Source of the DNA: Psammoneis japonica
Taxonomy: Eukaryota
Direction of reading: 5' to 3'
NCBI GenBank assembly: GCA_008632985.1
Contig: QPGO01000001.1
Coordinates: forward strand, 962,404 to 1,026,403
Length of the DNA stretch: 64,000 bases
How positions within the stretch are numbered: the stretch's first letter is position 1; every line of letters starts with the position of its first letter. Positions 59,700 through 64,000 of the stretch are shown piece by piece. The notes beneath the pieces are model-generated. The model was not told the origin of the DNA. It did no database searches and saw nothing but the letters and a program-made list of their open reading frames with translations. A program made the translations under genes and the position numbers.

Positions 59700-61300
59700 C
59701 ACAAGCAAATGATGGAATTTGTGTTTCCAGTCTTGATGCCAAGTTGTTGTGAGACATGGTCTGTCTGCACTTCTTTGTTGAAGTTTGCCCTGGCTTGAAT
59801 CACAAGGTTTGTGTGATGATGATCATGTGTCGTGTGTTCAGTGTGTGAGTGACACATTCAATGTTTGTTCAATGCATGGACAATGCCCTTCCTTGCAGAT
59901 GTTGCACTCTGACAGCAAGCTCCAAAACAATGCATGCAACACATCATAAACAGAAGCAACAAACTGCACCCTGCACCAATCACCACAATGATGCTGACAA
60001 AGTGGCTGTTGTCCCATGTCTCATCACAACATGAGCAACAAGTTCCAACACAAAAAAAGCCAGTGGCTGCCACACTGCTGCATGCTGTGCATTTTTGTAG
60101 CCTTGGTCAGGCAAACAGGGAGGGCTGCACTGAAAAGAGCAATGCTGTCTTGCAAAGGCTGTGACAGCAACTCAGTGCAAGTTGTGGTTTGTTGTGGGTC
60201 ACCCACTTGGCGCATGCACACAACATTGTTCTTTGCAGTTGTTTGGAAAGCTGGTGCCAAAGCATCAAAAAGTGCACTTTGTCAAGGCCAGCATGGAGCA
60301 AGCATCTTTTTTAGTCGAAAACAAAAAAGCTGGGCATTTGCATCATTCCAACCATGGCACTGACTCAAAACAACATGGTGGTGCATTGCTGCACCATCAT
60401 GGCTTTGATGAAGTGGGCCACAACCTGGGGTGTTCATGCCTTGGCACTCATGTTGATGCTGCACAGGGCTCCCATGGCAGCTCATGAAGAAGAGGATGTG
60501 GCTGCCAGTGAGCTTAAAAAGAGCTTCAATGTCAGCACAATCAGCACTTTAAAGAAACATTGTTTGCAACACAGTGCTTGCATTTAAGACTTCAAAGAAG
60601 AGCAAGTGCTTTGAGGGTGGTGCTCTGAGAACAAAGCAGAGCAACTTTTACATTGTCAAAAGAAGTTGACTCAATCAGGGTGCAACGTTTGCAATTTGAG
60701 ACAGCTTGCCAGCAGCAAGCTGCAAACACACTCCTGCCCTGCACACCCAACTGCTGTGAGACATGTGCCAAAGAACTTCACAACACAATGATGACATGGG
60801 CTGATTGTGGATGCTGAGAGGCATCACACTGCATCTTGTGTCTGATTTTCAAACCCAGCCCCATGTTGTGAGATCAACAGCTCATCAATCATTGGCACTC
60901 AACCCATTTTTAGAGGTGTGGTGCTGTTGGGTCATCTTTGAACATTGGTGTCTTTGCATTCCTGGAGTGGACACCCAGGAGCATGGGACCAGAAAGTTGT
61001 AAAAGCTCCTCACAGGTGAGGTCTCACAGTCAAGAAAACCAAGAAACCAGAGTGTCAGTGGAGTCGTCAAGCCATGCACAAATTTGTTTCATGGATTGTG
61101 GCACCTTGCACAGCACAGCACCATCAACTCAAACTCATGAGCAGTTGCAGAGAGAGCTGTTTCTCTTCTCAGCTGTTGACTGCAAAAGTGTCCATCTCCA
61201 GGATGGGGATGGTGTGATTTGTCTGTTTGGGCAAGGTCAGGATGTTTTGGCATGGAAGACAACAGCACTTGTGTTGTCCAGCTGACATCATGATGGCAAC
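59700..61300 (+). mobile_element. Possible heavily decayed copia RT remnant
   Basis: Fragments 'GTHVDA' (from YVDD) and 'EEDVAASELKKSFNVSTISTLKKH' resemble the copia RT C-terminal part. Weak. Confidence 0.3.
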
Positions 61301-63329
61301 ACTGCAGCATGGCCTCTGGTGACTTGTCACTTTGGCTTGGACTCTGTCAGTGTGGCTCAAGAAAAAAATGAGTCTGCAAGAAATGAGTGCTTGTGAACAT
61401 GTTCACTTTGTTCAAACTGAACAGACAGGAGTGCCAATGCCTGCTGGAGAAACAAACATTGGGGGGCACTTGTGTGGCCCGCACCTTGGCTGTTGACAAT
61501 GTGACAATTCATTGTGCCCAGCATGGCACTCTCTTCAACAAAGAATTGCATGCCAACTTGTTGGCTGCAATGAACACCTCCCACTAAAATGCTGCCAGGT
61601 GCTTGGCACAGTTGGCAAAGTGTGGCAAAGCAATCAAATGCACCAAGAATGCATGTGCACAGTTTGGTGCTTTGCATGAAAACTGTCATCTCAAACTTCA
61701 CTCAGCACCAGCAAACAAAAACAAATCCTCAGATGCAAAAAAATTTGGTGCACAGCATGTTGAGAGCAGCAACATTGCTCATTTCCACAATGTTGGCAAC
61801 CCCCCAGCATGTCATGCCATGCAACGGGTTGCACACAAGGGAGGAGACAGAAAGGCAACTTCCACTCTTTCCTTTCCAGGCCTTCTGAACTCACAAAATC
61901 TCTCTGTGTGACTCTTTTTGAAGCGCTGCTCAAGCCAAGCTTGAGGCAACAATCTTCAATCTCTTTTGGTCAAAAAAGAAATTGCAGGCTCCAGGCCACA
62001 GTTGCAATGGAGTCATGATTCAGATGGCCACTGAGGCACAATCGCCACAGTTGAAATGAGTGCACAGATGTCGCTGCTCCTCTGGAAATTGCTCTGGGCT
62101 TCTGCCAAAGCTGCAGCAGTCAGCTCCAAGAATTGGGTTTGAGCTGCTTTGCCAATTGTTGTGATGAACCACCCAGCAAACAACTGCAAACACTTAGAGA
62201 TGTCCATTGTGCCCAGCCTTTGAGCTCTCTTGTGTGTGAAAACAGCTCGCGTCTCTGCAGCTTTGCAAGAGGAGTCATCCACAGCCATCAGAGTGACAAT
62301 GAGTGCAACAACCTGCTCAGTGCAGTTGCCTGCATGGCACCTGACCACCAGGTGACTCAGGTGCAATGCCGCGCCAATGCAAAGTCAGCTCAAATTGCCA
62401 AAGTCACATCTGCTGGCAAGGCCATCCAGCTCTTGCGCCACTGTGTTGCATCTGGTGCCATGAAGAAACAGCTGCACTCAAGGTCATTGAAGACAAGCAT
62501 GTTTCTGCCTTGCAACACAACTTTTTCATGCACTTTCCAGCAAACCCACTCCAAATTTTGACTTGTCTCATTGACGACTGTGCAGCATTTTGTTGGTGCT
62601 TTCTTGGGGTGCTTGACGCCAGCAGGCAGTGACCGAGTGCTCTCTGCCTGATGATTGTGTGATGGCTCGCAAGTTTTGCACATGTGCACATTGCTCAAGT
62701 TCCATGTGGACCTCATGGCAATTGAAAAAAAGATTCATGTTTGCAAAAGCCAGCTGAGCAAACACTGCAGATGGCTTTTGTGTGTGGGCACAGCCTTGCA
62801 AAACAAAAGCGCCAGACACCACCACACTCTCTCGAGGGTTTTGCCATTCAAAAGCATCAAGCTCCAGCTGCCAGGAATGGTTCAAACCACCCTTCTGATT
62901 CACACCTGTGCGCACCACCACTTCTGGTCCCACACAGACCCATGCCTCCAAATCGCGAATGAACTTCAAGGTCAGGCAAAATCATCCTGAATCGATCTGG
63001 GTGTGATTGACGTCACGACGGTTTTCCGCGGTTGAGTGCCATGCATTTTTATTTAACGCCTCCATTGAAGTTGACGACAGAATCCTATCCGTCCATCCGA
63101 CGAAGACATTGTGAGCTAATACAGTGGTATGTTTGCACAGGATTCCCCTGTAGAATAGTCACTGTTGGGTGTCAAGCACTGAGCCCACGCCATGGCGTGT
63201 GTATGCAGCGTTTTGACCCTTTGCACGTACCGGTGCTACTTGTACTGTGTAGGGAAGATCCAAGATCCAAGGACTTCCCGTTACTGCACACCTTCTCTTT
63301 GCGATTGATCCTTTCTTACATCAAGCATC

Positions 63330-64000
63330 ATGTTGCGTCGTGCCACGGACTACTTTACCGGTCGAGCTTCCATTGCTATTGTCAACGAAGCGCGTGGATT
63401 GCCGTATCAGATTGTCAATCTTTTATTCGCCTTCCCATGGGTTATGAATGGACTCCGTTGCTTGCTGGACTGCCATTACATTTTCCCCTACGAAGATAAC
63501 ACTGTAGCTGATTCCTTGGAGGCGGCCTTTCCGGATTGCGTCAACAATCCTTGGACTGCTTTGGCGGCAGCCTATGAAGGACACTTTTCCATCTTTCTTG
63601 CAGTGGTCCGCATCTACATGGCAACGACTGGTCATGTCGCCAACTTTTACAGCGCCATGACCTTTGTTGTCCTCGTCGATGCTTCGATTATCTTCATCAT
63701 GTTTCGTATGAAGGGTGGATGGGATCAAACGCATCGCTATGATGTGTTTGTTATTACGTGCTTGATGTACGAATTGTACGTTATGTTGGGTGCCCGTCGG
63801 GCGTATCAAAAGCGCACGAAACAAGCCAAACAAGCTGGCCTTTTTGTCTACCACCCAGCTCCCATGAAAGAAATCTCGCTTGCTTTGGCGGTGGTTTATG
63901 TGTCATTGAGCGTGCGGGCCTTATTCTTCTGCGACACTACCATTCCGGTGTTGGAAGGAGATGCCATGAAAGATATCATTCAAGGCATGTATCCGGATTG
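63330..64000 (+). CDS. Hypothetical multi-pass membrane protein, running off the window end
   Basis: Open frame from ATG 63330 (MLRRATDYFTGRAS...) to 64000 with several hydrophobic segments; normal TpA and Tyr content. Confidence 0.65.
   Translation, partial: MLRRATDYFTGRASIAIVNEARGLPYQIVNLLFAFPWVMNGLRCLLDCHYIFPYEDNTVADSLEAAFPDCVNNPWTALAAAYEGHFSIFLAVVRIYMATTGHVANFYSAMTFVVLVDASIIFIMFRMKGGWDQTHRYDVFVITCLMYELYVMLGARRAYQKRTKQAKQAGLFVYHPAPMKEISLALAVVYVSLSVRALFFCDTTIPVLEGDAMKDIIQGMYPD

Overview
Eukaryotic genomic DNA, most likely a pennate diatom: short GT-AG introns, and a nucleus-encoded HemC with a bipartite 'AAA-FAP' plastid-targeting presequence. Gene islands of normal composition hold an ERMARD-like gene, IWS1, hemC, rlmH, a CocE/NonD hydrolase and several secreted or membrane proteins. 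These alternate with sharply bounded blocks of decayed transposons (Penelope-like, Ngaro/DIRS-like, copia, CRE-like, MULE, MITEs) that are almost devoid of TpA and, in older parts, of CpG. Four internal duplications that can be aligned by eye show directional TpA->CpA/TpG change (A->G on either strand at TA). This is the reverse of fungal RIP. It strips Tyr codons from TE proteins and from a host-gene paralog, and is the strongest candidate for an undescribed genome-defence or base-modification system. The window also contains an endonuclease-less Penelope-like element with hammerhead ribozymes in both terminal repeats, flanked by a 1.6-kb host duplication, and a TRIM-like element carrying Pol III A/B boxes. 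Several single-base frameshifts in conserved genes fall in homopolymers, so assembly error must be excluded.
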